Shown one piece after another: positions 34,906-44,502 of a stretch of 64,000 nt of DNA. Below the pieces are notes generated by a model. It was given only the letters and a program-made list of their open reading frames with translations, ran no database searches and was not told the DNA's origin. Position 1 is the first letter of the stretch; each line of letters begins with the position of its first letter. Both the position numbers and the translations under genes were made by a program. Where the stretch lies: NCBI GenBank assembly GCA_018304985.1, contig JAGVWP010000003.1, forward strand, positions 988 to 64,987, in the 5' to 3' direction. Origin of the DNA: Candidatus Pacearchaeota archaeon (GTDB taxonomy: Archaea; Nanobdellota; Nanobdellia; Pacearchaeales; GW2011-AR1).

Positions 34906-35241
34906 TTAGCCGTGAATCTTGTTAACAATCTCTCCCCTAAGGCGTTCAATGTTCTCCCTTAAACTAAGATCCTGCTTTTCAATAGCCTTAATTCTTAATT
35001 CAAGAAGGTCTTTTTTCTCTTTAAGCTCTTTTTTAAGCTCAGACTTATCAGATTTGACCATTACCTGGCCTAAAACCCTAAAAACATCGCCTTTTGCCTT
35101 TCCAACTTCTTCTAAAGCAGTAGAAGTTTCATTAAGTTCAATCTGGAAAGCCTGCCTTTGCATTGAAATATTCTGAAAATTCTGCTCAAGAATCTGTAAA
35201 TCCTGTATTTTCTGTCCTGTTTCCTGATCAATATCCACCAT
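34906..35241 (-). CDS. pfdB: prefoldin beta subunit
   Basis: 111 aa coiled-coil: QDLQILEQNFQNISMQRQAFQIELNETSTALEEV...VMVKSDKSEL. Confidence 0.8.
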   Translation of the reverse strand: MVDIDQETGQKIQDLQILEQNFQNISMQRQAFQIELNETSTALEEVGKAKGDVFRVLGQVMVKSDKSELKKELKEKKDLLELRIKAIEKQDLSLRENIERLRGEIVNKIHG

Positions 35242-35244
35242 TAT

Positions 35245-35312
35245 AAAAAATAAAAGACACCAAGGTTTCTTTTATGAAGCTTCCTTTTAATTCTTTTATG
35301 AACTCTCCTTTA
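35245..35312 (+). repeat. family-1 hairpin repeat, 2 units
   Basis: aaaaaataaaagacaccaaggtttcttttatgaagcttccttttaattcttttatgaactctccttt. Confidence 0.7.
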
Positions 35313-35318
35313 TAAATG

Positions 35319-35456
35319 TTAATCTGCCTTAATTTTTACAGTTGCAATTCTTGGCTTGTAAAATATTCGAGAGTTGCAATGCGGACAAGTAAATCTTTTG
35401 TCTAATTTCTTTGATGAAATTCCTTTTCCGCATTTAAAACATTTATAGTCAGCCAT
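35319..35456 (-). CDS. rpoP: DNA-directed RNA polymerase subunit P (Rpo12)
   Basis: 45 aa, not in the ORF track: MADYKCFKCGKGISSKKLDKRFTCPHCNSRIFYKPRIATVKIKAD. CxxC...CxxC zinc ribbon with a typical RIFYK tail. Confidence 0.7.
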   Translation of the reverse strand: MADYKCFKCGKGISSKKLDKRFTCPHCNSRIFYKPRIATVKIKAD

Positions 35457-35458
35457 TA

Positions 35459-35537
35459 TAAAGACAACCCCTGGTTTTCTTTATGAAACTTTCCTCTTAC
35501 ATGTCTACGGTTTTCTTTATGAGTTTTCCCTTCACTC
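35459..35537 (+). repeat. family-1 hairpin repeat, 2 units
   Basis: ataaagacaacccctggttttctttatgaaactttcctcttac / atgtctacggttttctttatgagttttccc. Confidence 0.65.
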
Positions 35538-35604
35538 AATTTTATAACCATTTTATTTATTATCATTTTAGTTTTAATTAATTTAAATATCTTTGTTTTA
35601 ATTT

Positions 35605-35823
35605 TTATTTAATAAGGTGATAAGCATTTCCTGCGAAAGTTTTTTTGCATTTAGGGCATTGCCATATTCCTGCAGATTTTCTTTTTACCCCTAATTTTTT
35701 GCAAAATGGGCAAGTTTGCTTTTTCCTCTGTTTTGATTCAACAGCTACAAATTTTCTTCTTACATTTGTTCCGTATCCTGCTCCGTATTTTCCAGCCTGT
35801 TTTACTTTTTTTGTTCGTGGCAT
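35605..35823 (-). CDS. rpl37ae: ribosomal protein eL43 (L37Ae)
   Basis: GKYGAGYGTNVRRKF...CPFCKK...WQCPKCKKTFAG. Confidence 0.9.
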   Translation of the reverse strand: MPRTKKVKQAGKYGAGYGTNVRRKFVAVESKQRKKQTCPFCKKLGVKRKSAGIWQCPKCKKTFAGNAYHLIK

Positions 35824-35848
35824 TTTTATATTATTGATTGTTTTTAAA

Positions 35849-35921
35849 TGGGACTGCCCAGATTTGAACTGGGATCACAAGCTCCCAAAGCTCGTAGGCT
35901 ACCAGGTTACCCCACAATCCC
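35849..35921 (-). tRNA. tRNA-Pro (UGG), manual fold
   Basis: Minus strand GGGAUUG-UG-GGGU-AACCUGGUA-GCCU-A-CGAGC-UUUGGGA-GCUUG-UGAU-CCCAG-UUCAAAU-CUGGG-CAGUCCC-A. Confidence 0.85.
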
Positions 35922-35971
35922 TTAGCCTAAAAGGAGTTTATGAGATTTATAAACGTTGTTAATTCGATTAA

Positions 35972-36718
35972 TTATTTCTTTGCTTCTTTCTTTGCAGCAG
36001 GTTTAGCAACGCTCTTCGCAGTTTCTTTTCCTGCAGCTGGTTTTCCAGCAGGGGTTTTTGCGCTAGCATCCTTAGTTTCTTTTGTTTCAGTTTCTGCTGG
36101 CTTGGCTGCAGCTTCTTTTGTTTTTTCCTGTTCTGCAAGAGCTTTCTCTTCTTCAGCTTTTTTCTTCAATGCTTCCTGCTTTGATTTTATATCTGAGAAA
36201 TATTTATCCAATGCTTTTCTTTTCTCGGGAGAAACTTCTGTTTTTTCTCCAGCTATTTCTTTGTCATAAATGCCTTCTTGAACTTCGACAGCAACCTTCT
36301 TGGCAGGCTTGTTCTCAATTAATACGCCAATGCTAACGCAGCTTCCAACAACTGTTTTTACAGCATTTTTAAGATTTTTTTCAAGCATTCCGGGAAGTTT
36401 TGTTTTTGCAACTTTAATTACCTGTTCAATAGCAAGATTTCCAATCTGTGTATTTTTATGATCTCCAGATCCTTTTTCAGCACCTAATTCCTTTTTTAGC
36501 AATTCTGGAATTGGTGGTGTTGAAACAGATATTGTATATGTTTTTTTAGAAGTATCAACATCTAATTCCACCGGAACTTTAGTGCCTTTGAAAGACATTG
36601 TTGCTTTATTCACATCCGCAATAACTTTCCCAATATCAATTCCTAAAGGTCCTAGTTTCTGCGCCAAAGCAGGCCCGGGAGTCATTGCTCCGCCGTCAAC
36701 TAATAATCCTACTTTCAT
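35972..36718 (-). CDS. rpl11: ribosomal protein uL11 with a long K/E/A-rich C-terminal extension
   Basis: N-terminal about 150 aa is a typical L11 (GGAMTPGPALAQKLGPLGIDIGKV...). It is followed by about 90 aa of low complexity (KKKAEEEKALAEQEKTKEAAAKPAETETKE...AKPAAKKEAKK). Confidence 0.85.
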   Translation of the reverse strand: MKVGLLVDGGAMTPGPALAQKLGPLGIDIGKVIADVNKATMSFKGTKVPVELDVDTSKKTYTISVSTPPIPELLKKELGAEKGSGDHKNTQIGNLAIEQVIKVAKTKLPGMLEKNLKNAVKTVVGSCVSIGVLIENKPAKKVAVEVQEGIYDKEIAGEKTEVSPEKRKALDKYFSDIKSKQEALKKKAEEEKALAEQEKTKEAAAKPAETETKETKDASAKTPAGKPAAGKETAKSVAKPAAKKEAKK

Positions 36719-37188
36719 TCTTCATTTTCCTCCCCTGCATTTTCTTCATCTTTTCCTCTTCTAACAACTTTAACATTTTCTATTTTAATTGTTACCGGAA
36801 TCTGCACTACAGCTCCAAGCAAACTAACAACTACCTCTCCTTTCTGTTTGTCTACTCTTAAAACTTTCGCTTTTTCTTTTTTGAAAGGTTCTGAGAGGAT
36901 TTCAACAATATCTTCTTTCTCAATATTAATTGCCTCTATATTCGGCTCAAGCATATTTTTAACTTCGTCATAAGAAATTGTTTTTCCAATTATTCCTTTA
37001 ACATAAGGAAGATTAAAGCAAGCATCTTCAGCAGAATCTCTGTCAGCTGCTTCCAGAATAATATATCCTCTCAAACCCTGTGGTTTTGCAACTGCATAAA
37101 TATTAATTCCTTTTTTAACGATGTGATCTGAGATCATATCCATTACTTTTTCTTCTTTGTTCGTCGTGACTTTTATAACAAATATCAT
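36715..37188 (-). CDS. spt5: transcription elongation factor Spt5 (NusG)
   Basis: NGN domain (IFVIKVTTNKEEKV...LRGYIILEA) plus a KOW-like C-terminus. Sits between secE and rpl11. Confidence 0.85.
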   Translation of the reverse strand: MIFVIKVTTNKEEKVMDMISDHIVKKGINIYAVAKPQGLRGYIILEAADRDSAEDACFNLPYVKGIIGKTISYDEVKNMLEPNIEAINIEKEDIVEILSEPFKKEKAKVLRVDKQKGEVVVSLLGAVVQIPVTIKIENVKVVRRGKDEENAGEENEE

Positions 37189-37356
37189 TTTATGCTCCTA
37201 CTTGAGATTTCGCTCAATATTTTATATTAATATTACTCTCGCAAAATCTCTCGCTACCTCTAATACTCCAAGAAGTAGTATTTTTAAATGTAACTGATGG
37301 TTTATTAAGTTTTCGATTGCGAAAACTTATTGGTTATGTCGAAATTTTATTAGAAT

Positions 37357-37578
37357 TTATCTATTCACAGTAAGCTTCATAATCAAAGAAATTAAAAATC
37401 CAATTAAACCAATAGCTAAAATTCCTAATGCTGAAACTTTTGCAACTGTCCAAAATTCTTCTTTTGTTGGCTTTTTCAAAACATGCCATACTCTTACACA
37501 TTTATTAAAGAAACCAACAGATTTCTCTTTAATATTACTTAAACTAAATTTGCTTTTACTTTGATTATTTAATTCCAT
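37357..37578 (-). CDS. secE: preprotein translocase subunit SecE (Sec61 gamma)
   Basis: 73 aa. KPTKEEFWTVAKVSALGILAIGLIGFLISLIM. Conserved position upstream of spt5. Confidence 0.8.
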   Translation of the reverse strand: MELNNQSKSKFSLSNIKEKSVGFFNKCVRVWHVLKKPTKEEFWTVAKVSALGILAIGLIGFLISLIMKLTVNR

Positions 37579-37669
37579 AATTTAGATAAAATTAGAGTGT
37601 ATTTAAAAGTTGTGATTAGAAATAAAAAAATTAATCTAGAACGATTACCTATATAAATAAGGGAAAGAT

Positions 37670-37750
37670 ATTGTAATATTTTCAAAATTGTTCTGATATC
37701 ACGCCATAACTTTGCCTAATTATAATGTGAAAACTACTGATTATCTTAAA
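37670..37750 (+). repeat. family-2 repeat
   Basis: tattgtaatattttcaaaattgttctgatatcacgccataactttgcctaattataatgtgaaaactactgattatc. Confidence 0.6.
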
Positions 37751-37828
37751 ATTAATTAATCTCATCAATAAACCAAGTTAAATTTTTATATAGAAAAATT
37801 TAGTATCATATTATTTTCAGAAAAAATT

Positions 37829-38374
37829 CTACTCACAGAAAACAACTACTGAAATCGTTGTTGTCCACATTCCGTCCTTATTTCCTTCAGCTGACTGAAC
37901 ATTGTTTGTTGTCTTGAATATATGCCCGCTTGCTTTGTAAATCTGTTCTCTTTCTTCCCATGCCTGATCAGGATCAAATTCAATGCCGAGAGTTGTTGCA
38001 AGCATTGTTGCTGCCAAATCCTCTGCATATTCTCCTGCTTTTTTTGCAGTTTCTCCATAGCTATGATGCTCTGAAATATATCCATACTGATCGTTATCTT
38101 TTGGTAGGGCTATTCCTATCGCCGAAGATATCAATCTATTAGGCTCGTTAGTTTCGCTTCTAGCCATTACACAAAAAGTAATTTGCCCAGGCCTTAATAA
38201 TTTTATTCCATCTTCCCTGGCAATCATCTTGCAATTAGGAGGCATGATGCTAGAAACATAAACTAAATTACATTTCTCTATTTCTGCATTTCTTAAAGCA
38301 AGTTCAAACGACGCTAATTTATCTTTATGAACTCCAACTCCTTTTGTTAAAAATGCTTTTACTGGTACATCCAT
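37829..38374 (-). CDS. pdaD: pyruvoyl-dependent arginine decarboxylase
   Basis: [39 protein letters not shown], with a VSS self-cleavage-site pattern. Confidence 0.8.
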   Translation of the reverse strand: MDVPVKAFLTKGVGVHKDKLASFELALRNAEIEKCNLVYVSSIMPPNCKMIAREDGIKLLRPGQITFCVMARSETNEPNRLISSAIGIALPKDNDQYGYISEHHSYGETAKKAGEYAEDLAATMLATTLGIEFDPDQAWEEREQIYKASGHIFKTTNNVQSAEGNKDGMWTTTISVVVFCE

Positions 38375-38468
38375 GGTTTAAATCAATAAAAAATCATTTA
38401 AAAGGTTTTTCCTTTTGAAAAAATTATTAAATTTTACCGACGATAGAATTAAACTGTAAAATAGAAAA

Positions 38469-39581
38469 TTATCTGAAAAACTTTATTCCAAGTTCATTTG
38501 AAAGCTCGCCCTGAACTTTTTCTTCTTTTGTCTGTTTTACTTCGCTTCCGAGAATCTGCGGGCTTCTTACTCCTGTAACGATGACCATGACTCTCATTGT
38601 TTTTTCCATATCTGGAGAAATCTGGGCTCCCCAAATTAGTCTTGCATTGTCTCCAAGATGTTTTCCAATTTCTTCTATCACAACTTTCGATTCTTCAAGA
38701 CTTAAATCAGGACCGCCGATAATATTTACTAAAGCTCCAGTAGCATTTGAAATATCCACATCTAATAACGGGTTATTTAAAGCTCTTTCAACAGCCTCAT
38801 GGGCTCTTTGAGCTGAATCAGATTCTCCAACTCCTATTAAAGAGACTCCGCCATCTGACATAATTGTCTTAACATCTGCAAAATCAAGATTAACTAATCC
38901 TGCTTTTGTAACAAGCTCTGCAACTCCTTTAACAGCATTTGTTAAAATCTCATCAGCAACTTTAAATGCTGTTTGCAAAGGCAAGTCCGGAACAAGTTCA
39001 AGAAGTTTATCATTTGGAATTACTATTAAAGTATCAACAATGCTTTCCATTTTTTCCAATCCATTAACTGCGTTTTCAATTCTTTTTGCTCCTTCAATTG
39101 TAAAAGGCATTGTTACAACGCCTATAACTAAAGCCCCTGCTCTTTTTGCAAGATCTGCTATTACCGGGGCTGCGCCTGTTCCAGTGCCTCCTCCTAACCC
39201 GCATGTAATAAAAACCATATCAGAATTTTCAAGTCTTTTTTTAATTTCATGTTCTGTTTCTTTTGCAGCTTCTTCTCCTATTTGTGGATTGCTTCCTGCG
39301 CCCATTCCCCTTGTTAATTCCTTACCAATAAGTATTTTCTTATCAGCATTAGTATAAAGTAAATCTTGAGCATCTGTATTAACTGCAATCATTTCTCCAC
39401 CCTTAACTCCTATCTCGTGTATTCTTGAAAGGGTATTGTTTCCGCCTCCACCAACGCCAATAACCTTGATTTTAGCTGTTTGTTTTTTAAGAAGCTCTTC
39501 TAATTCACGATCAATTTCAAGCAATTCGGGATCTACTTGTCCAGAATACCCTTCATCCTCTCTTTGAATGACTGCAGACAT
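38469..39581 (-). CDS. ftsZ: cell division GTPase FtsZ
   Basis: GVGGGGNNTL and GLGGGTGTGAAPVIA tubulin signature motifs. Confidence 0.95.
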   Translation of the reverse strand: MSAVIQREDEGYSGQVDPELLEIDRELEELLKKQTAKIKVIGVGGGGNNTLSRIHEIGVKGGEMIAVNTDAQDLLYTNADKKILIGKELTRGMGAGSNPQIGEEAAKETEHEIKKRLENSDMVFITCGLGGGTGTGAAPVIADLAKRAGALVIGVVTMPFTIEGAKRIENAVNGLEKMESIVDTLIVIPNDKLLELVPDLPLQTAFKVADEILTNAVKGVAELVTKAGLVNLDFADVKTIMSDGGVSLIGVGESDSAQRAHEAVERALNNPLLDVDISNATGALVNIIGGPDLSLEESKVVIEEIGKHLGDNARLIWGAQISPDMEKTMRVMVIVTGVRSPQILGSEVKQTKEEKVQGELSNELGIKFFR

Positions 39582-39745
39582 AATTTAATGACAAGAAATT
39601 GATTTATAAGTTTTGTTGTGGTATTTTAGCAATAAAAATTATGTTAATAAAAGGCTAATTCTGAAATAACACTAAGATAAATTTTGCTATATGAAAAATT
39701 TTAATCCTTATCTATTATCTAAATTTAATATATTTACATTTACAT

Positions 39746-40426
39746 CTAATTTTCAACCTTGCTTTCTTCCTTACTTTCATTATTTCCCTCTTTTTTCTCC
39801 TTAATAACCATCTCCAGGTCTAGAATATCCTTAAATTGGTTATTGAGCATTTGTATTAGAGATTCATAAGCCTTTTCGCATTTTATTATTATTTTTTTGT
39901 CCTCATTTCTTATTTCAAATTCAAACTTATTTCTCAGAAAATAATCTGTAATTGCATTGATTTTTTCATTAATATCCTCAACTTTTCGTTTTATTGTAAA
40001 CTCATAAATTACAATCTTTCCTGCCACAGGATTATTAAAATCAACAAGAACTCTTCCCCCTGAAACACTAATGACTTTTGCAATTGTATTGTCAAAAGAA
40101 AGAGTCAATCCAGGATAAACATTCATTTGTTTTTCTTTAAATAGCTTGATAGGCATTAATTTAATTAGGCTGGAATTTCTTTCTCCAAATGCTTCTTTAG
40201 GCTGCAACTCTACCGAATATTTTTTATTTACCTCTTTGTCTTCCAAAGCATTATCCAATCCTTGAAGAACCATTTTTTGCCCGATACATACAATAAACGG
40301 CTTATTTTCTATTTCCAAGCCTATTTTTTTGGCTTCTTCACTTATATTTGTATCAAAAACCTCTCCCTCTTTTGTTTTTCCAATAAATTCCAGCTCAATA
40401 AAATCTTTTTTCTGTATTTTTTCCAT
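39746..40426 (-). CDS. FKBP-type peptidyl-prolyl cis-trans isomerase (long archaeal type)
   Basis: FIELEFIGKTKEGEVFDTN...QGLDNALEDKEVNKKYSVELQPKEAFGERN...GRVLVDFNNPVAGK. Confidence 0.75.
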   Translation of the reverse strand: MEKIQKKDFIELEFIGKTKEGEVFDTNISEEAKKIGLEIENKPFIVCIGQKMVLQGLDNALEDKEVNKKYSVELQPKEAFGERNSSLIKLMPIKLFKEKQMNVYPGLTLSFDNTIAKVISVSGGRVLVDFNNPVAGKIVIYEFTIKRKVEDINEKINAITDYFLRNKFEFEIRNEDKKIIIKCEKAYESLIQMLNNQFKDILDLEMVIKEKKEGNNESKEESKVEN

Positions 40427-40480
40427 ATATAAAATGATAAAAGGTAATCTTTATAAATCTACCTTATCATTGTTATAATT

Positions 40481-40876
40481 ATGGCTTATAAGTTAATTGA
40501 TGCTACTGCTGTGAGAATTGGAACAACAATAATGATTGATGGAGAGGCATGTGTTGTTAAAAGTATTGATATTAGCAAGACAGGAAAACATGGAGCTTCT
40601 AAAGTAAGATTAGAAGCAGTTGGAATTGTTGACGGAAAGAAAAGAGTAATGGCCTGTCCAGGTCATGAAAGATTTGAAGTTCCAATGATTGAAAAAAGAA
40701 AAGCGCAAGTTTTATCGGTTGGAGAGAAAAATGTTAATGTAATGGATTTAGAGAGTTTTGAGACAATGGATCTTCTGAAACCTATAGAATCTGAAGTAGC
40801 AGAGAGTTTAAAAGAAGGAATACAAGTAGAATATTGGGTTATTGAGAATGTTAAGGTTATTAAAAGAATACTTTAA
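40481..40876 (+). CDS. eif5a: translation initiation factor 5A (aIF5A)
   Basis: Hypusine-site motif SKTGKHGASKVRL. Confidence 0.9.
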   Translation: MAYKLIDATAVRIGTTIMIDGEACVVKSIDISKTGKHGASKVRLEAVGIVDGKKRVMACPGHERFEVPMIEKRKAQVLSVGEKNVNVMDLESFETMDLLKPIESEVAESLKEGIQVEYWVIENVKVIKRIL

Positions 40877-41077
40877 TCTCTTAAACAAAATAAAGCTATA
40901 AAAATTTTAAAAGATAAAATGAACTTATTTAAAATAATAAAACTAAAAAGAAATTATCTATATTCAGCTAAACACACCATATCTTTCCCTAATTTAAATG
41001 AGAAAGTTACTGATAAACTATTAATTAACAATTATATTGGCATATCCATAAACTAAATAAACATATAAAAACAAAAA

Positions 41078-41242
41078 ATGGCAAAATTACCAGCAGCACA
41101 AAACAGGCTTTTCAAAAATGTTTTTTTATGCAAGAATTGCGGGGCTAGAATAAAAGTCGAGCCTAAAAAGATATTAGAGGGAAAAGTTAGATGCAGAAGA
41201 TGCAAGAAAAGAGCATTCAGGGCAATTAAGAAGGATAAGTAA
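41078..41242 (+). CDS. rpl40e: ribosomal protein eL40
   Basis: 54 aa, not in the ORF track: MAKLPAAQNRLFKNVFLCKNCGARIKVEPKKILEGKVRCRRCKKRAFRAIKKDK. CxxC...CxxC. Confidence 0.7.
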   Translation: MAKLPAAQNRLFKNVFLCKNCGARIKVEPKKILEGKVRCRRCKKRAFRAIKKDK

Positions 41243-41285
41243 TCTTTCCAAACTTTTATAAAACTACTTTAACTTAAAATAAAAT

Positions 41286-41329
41286 GAACCTTTTAAGAAG
41301 AGTTCTCAATTATGAGAACTAAAGGATCC
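41286..41329 (+). repeat. family-3-like nested hairpin
   Basis: Outer GAACCTTT pairs with AAAGGATC (1 mismatch). Inner AGTTCTC-aattatg-GAGAACT. Confidence 0.45.
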
Positions 41330-41351
41330 AAAATTAATTTAACCTAATAAA

Positions 41352-42779
41352 ATGAGTTTTTTATTATATGATATAGTTTTTTTAGTTGTATTTACATCTT
41401 TTGTAGTTTGGTTTCTTTATACAAGAAAGCATAATTTAAAGAGAGAGGGACTTCTATATTTATACAGAACTAAATTCGGGATGATTGCTATTGATAAAGT
41501 CAGCAGTAAATACAAAAAATCCCTTAATTGGCTACAATACGTGTCTATTGTTTGCGGATACACACTTATGGCAGTAATGCTTTTTTTGTTTTTCCAAATT
41601 GTATATATTTATATTAAATACCCAAGTATTGTAAGAACTGTTAAAGTGCCTCCTATAATACCTCTTGTTCCTTATCTTCCCGAAATATTTAAGCTTGATT
41701 TTCTTCCGCCTTTTTATTTTACATACTGGATTGTAATATTAGCTGTTGTTGCAATAAGCCATGAATTTGCTCACGGCATATTTGCAAGATTTTATAAAGT
41801 AAAAGTAAAATCTACAGGATTTGGTTTCCTTGGACCTTTTTTAGCAGCATTTGTAGAACCAGACGAGAAACAAATGAATAAAAGACCTATAAAACAGCAG
41901 TTGGCTGTTTTGTCAGCAGGAACATTTGCAAATGTTATCATTGCAGTATTGTTTGTATTTGTCTTCTTTTTATTCTCTTATTTAGTCTTTGTTCCTTCTG
42001 GAGCGGTATTTAATGCATACCCTTTTTCAGATATTAATTTATCTCAAGTAACAATTGTAAACGGAAAAGAAGTTAATAATTTAAATTCACAAGGTATATT
42101 AGCAAATTTGAATACTACAAATGAAAATAATCTGACAAAAATATATATCGGCAATAAAAGCTACCTTTTGAATAATGTTTTTTTTGCAGCAAATATTGAT
42201 AGAATTGATTCTATTGTAAGAGTTTACGATGATTTGCCTGCTGTAAATGTGGGATTAAGCGGAGCAATTATTGAATTTAATGAGCAAAAGACAAGCAATA
42301 TAGCTGATTTCAAAGAAGAACTTCTAAAATATAAGCCGGGAGATAAAATAACTATAAAAACTAAAGATCAAAATAAAGTTATAAAAGAATATAGTTTAAC
42401 TCTTGTTCAAAATCAGAGAGGAGAACCAGCTATTGGTGTGTTGTTATTAAATCCAAGCACAAGTGGAATAAAAGGAAAAATATATTATGTTCTTAATATT
42501 ATTAAAGAACCTGGAACTTATTATGAAAGCAGGTTTAATACAGATTTAACAGATTTTATTTATGATTTGTTATGGTGGATGATTTTTATTAATATAAGCG
42601 TGGCTCTTGTTAATATGCTTCCATTAGGATTATTCGACGGAGGAAGAGTTTTTTACTTAACTGTACTGCACTTTACAAAATCTGATGAGAAAGCGCAAAA
42701 AGCATTTAAGGTTGTCACCTGGATTCTTCTTCTTGCACTTGGAGTGATAATGATATTTTGGTTTTTTTCAACTTTTTAA
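41352..42779 (+). CDS. site-2 protease family (M50) membrane metalloprotease with a PDZ-like insert
   Basis: HEFAHGIFA (HExxH) and NMLPLGLFDGGRVF motifs. Multiple TM helices. Confidence 0.85.
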   Translation: MSFLLYDIVFLVVFTSFVVWFLYTRKHNLKREGLLYLYRTKFGMIAIDKVSSKYKKSLNWLQYVSIVCGYTLMAVMLFLFFQIVYIYIKYPSIVRTVKVPPIIPLVPYLPEIFKLDFLPPFYFTYWIVILAVVAISHEFAHGIFARFYKVKVKSTGFGFLGPFLAAFVEPDEKQMNKRPIKQQLAVLSAGTFANVIIAVLFVFVFFLFSYLVFVPSGAVFNAYPFSDINLSQVTIVNGKEVNNLNSQGILANLNTTNENNLTKIYIGNKSYLLNNVFFAANIDRIDSIVRVYDDLPAVNVGLSGAIIEFNEQKTSNIADFKEELLKYKPGDKITIKTKDQNKVIKEYSLTLVQNQRGEPAIGVLLLNPSTSGIKGKIYYVLNIIKEPGTYYESRFNTDLTDFIYDLLWWMIFINISVALVNMLPLGLFDGGRVFYLTVLHFTKSDEKAQKAFKVVTWILLLALGVIMIFWFFSTF

Positions 42780-43005
42780 TTTAATTTTTTATAAAATTTA
42801 TAAAAATAGAAAGGTATATAAATCATATTTACTCATTAATATAATAAATTAAAAAAGAGGAAGACTGGCAAAACAGTCTAAAAATAAACAATGGCAAAAA
42901 AGAAAAAAAAGAGATAAATATTCTAAGTGATTTTTGTTTTTTATTTTATAATTTAACTTTCTTATTCTATTTTTATTCTTTTGTTTTTTACTTCAATATA
43001 TTATT

Positions 43006-43356
43006 TTACAAATAAACTATTCCGTCTTTTGTTAAAGCAACAAATCTGACCCCTACAGGCAAAGACAGCAATGCTGAAATTAAAGCCATATGTTCCTTGC
43101 CATCTCCTGAGGCAATGCTTAACGCTGCTTCAGTATCGTTTATCTTTCCCCTAAGTTTTTCAACGATTTCTTTTTTTAGTTCAAGAAGCTTGCTATCCTG
43201 GTTAATTTTTATAAATTCAAATTTCTTATCTGCCTTGAATTCCTTGGCAAAATCTCCACCTATAACAATTATCTTATCCCATTCGCCATGTTTTATCAGC
43301 CCCGAGACCTGAGCCCATGTTCCTTTGCCCGAGCTTAATAATGCTACCAATTCCAT
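43006..43356 (-). CDS. hypothetical protein
   Basis: 116-aa ORF with no recognisable motif. Confidence 0.4.
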   Translation of the reverse strand: MELVALLSSGKGTWAQVSGLIKHGEWDKIIVIGGDFAKEFKADKKFEFIKINQDSKLLELKKEIVEKLRGKINDTEAALSIASGDGKEHMALISALLSLPVGVRFVALTKDGIVYL

Positions 43357-43361
43357 TATAA

Positions 43362-43425
43362 AAATAAAAAGAACTAATAGTTCTTCTTATGACATCTCCT
43401 TTTTCATGTTATGACGCTTCCCTAT
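43362..43425 (+). repeat. family-1 hairpin repeat (stem variant AAGAACT/AGTTCTT)
   Basis: aaaaataaaaagaactaatagttcttcttatgacatctcctttttcatgttatgacgcttccc. Confidence 0.7.
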
Positions 43426-43506
43426 TTAGATTATTCATAAAGTTAGTTGAATGATTATATTTATAAGGTTTTATATCTATTAAACTATACCTATAAAGTA
43501 TATAAG

Positions 43507-43953
43507 ATGGCTAAAGATATTCCGTTAAGCGAGATTATTTTAAGAAAATATGAAAGGCCTTACAATATTGATAAAAGGCAGCTAGTGAAGAAAATCTGCC
43601 TATCTCTTGGTTTATTGCAGCCCGGAGATTCAAGAGATGTTGTTGTTGATGTGCTAATGGTGCTGATAAATGAAAGGGAGAAAAAAGTTAAATTAACTTC
43701 TGATGAAGTTAAAGCCAAAGTTGAAGAGCTAAGAAAAAGCCACAATCTAGAGCTTAAAGGAATTGCGGAAAGCAATATCAGAAGGCAGTTAAAAAGGCTT
43801 AGAGATATAATGATAATCGATAAACAGAATAACTTGTATTATATTTCTGAATTTGAACCTTTGCATACTTTATTTGAGCAGAAAATTGAAAAACTTCTTG
43901 TCCAGCCAAGCATAGAAAGAGTTAAGGAATATTTGAAGGAATTGGAAAAATAA
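43507..43953 (+). CDS. putative winged-helix DNA-binding protein
   Basis: Start taken at MAKDIPLSEIILRKYERPYN. LSLGLLQPGDSRDVVVDVLMVLINE. The tracked start 43447 is less likely. Confidence 0.4.
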   Translation: MAKDIPLSEIILRKYERPYNIDKRQLVKKICLSLGLLQPGDSRDVVVDVLMVLINEREKKVKLTSDEVKAKVEELRKSHNLELKGIAESNIRRQLKRLRDIMIIDKQNNLYYISEFEPLHTLFEQKIEKLLVQPSIERVKEYLKELEK

Positions 43954-43955
43954 TC

Positions 43956-44360
43956 TTAAAATAGCCCTATAGATTTAAGAAAAAGCAATAGTAAAATAAT
44001 TAATAAAATCCATAATATTATTCTTGGATCAATATTTAATTGTCCTCTTTTATTATATAATTTATCTAAAAGTTTTTCTACAACATTCAATCTGATTTCC
44101 ATATTATTAAATAATTCTTTAACCTTTAAAGCTTTTTGCATTTCTTCTATTTCTTTACTCATTCTCTTCCATCTTGAATATAAATATGTAAGAAAAGATC
44201 CTATAATAATGGACAGAACAATTATCCCAAATATAATCAATGTTTGATTAGTTATTTTATCTGGAGAAGATATTATAAAGAAGATAGTTGGAATAACTAC
44301 TGATATAAAAGCTAATGCTAAACTTACTATATCTCTCAAATCTGTATTGTTATAATTCAT
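43956..44360 (-). CDS. membrane protein, hypothetical
   Basis: Three predicted TM helices flank a coiled segment. Confidence 0.4.
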   Translation of the reverse strand: MNYNNTDLRDIVSLALAFISVVIPTIFFIISSPDKITNQTLIIFGIIVLSIIIGSFLTYLYSRWKRMSKEIEEMQKALKVKELFNNMEIRLNVVEKLLDKLYNKRGQLNIDPRIILWILLIILLLLFLKSIGLF

Positions 44361-44502
44361 TAATTCATAAAATATTTGATATTTTTAAGCATTCATATAA
44401 TCCTAGGAAAAACAATAGATTTTTAAACCGTATTTCTATAGAATTTTATTATCACACTACATCATTATTGTTCATTTTCTGAACATATAATGCATAGGTA
44501 GA

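Noticed and set aside
37189-37356. Possible structured RNA or small gene in the 168-nt secE-spt5 spacer (hairpin GTTTTCG-attg-CGAAAAC at 37308-37325)
   Set aside because: There is only one short perfect hairpin and no tRNA-like or repeat-family similarity. It is plausibly just a local terminator or attenuator, and there is insufficient evidence to call a feature.
42880-42925. Tiny ORF MAKKKKKR and the hairpin AGACTG-gcaaaa-CAGTCT downstream of the S2P protease gene
   Set aside because: An 8-codon poly-Lys ORF in an A-rich spacer is expected by chance. The hairpin is short and unique, so it is not reported as a feature.
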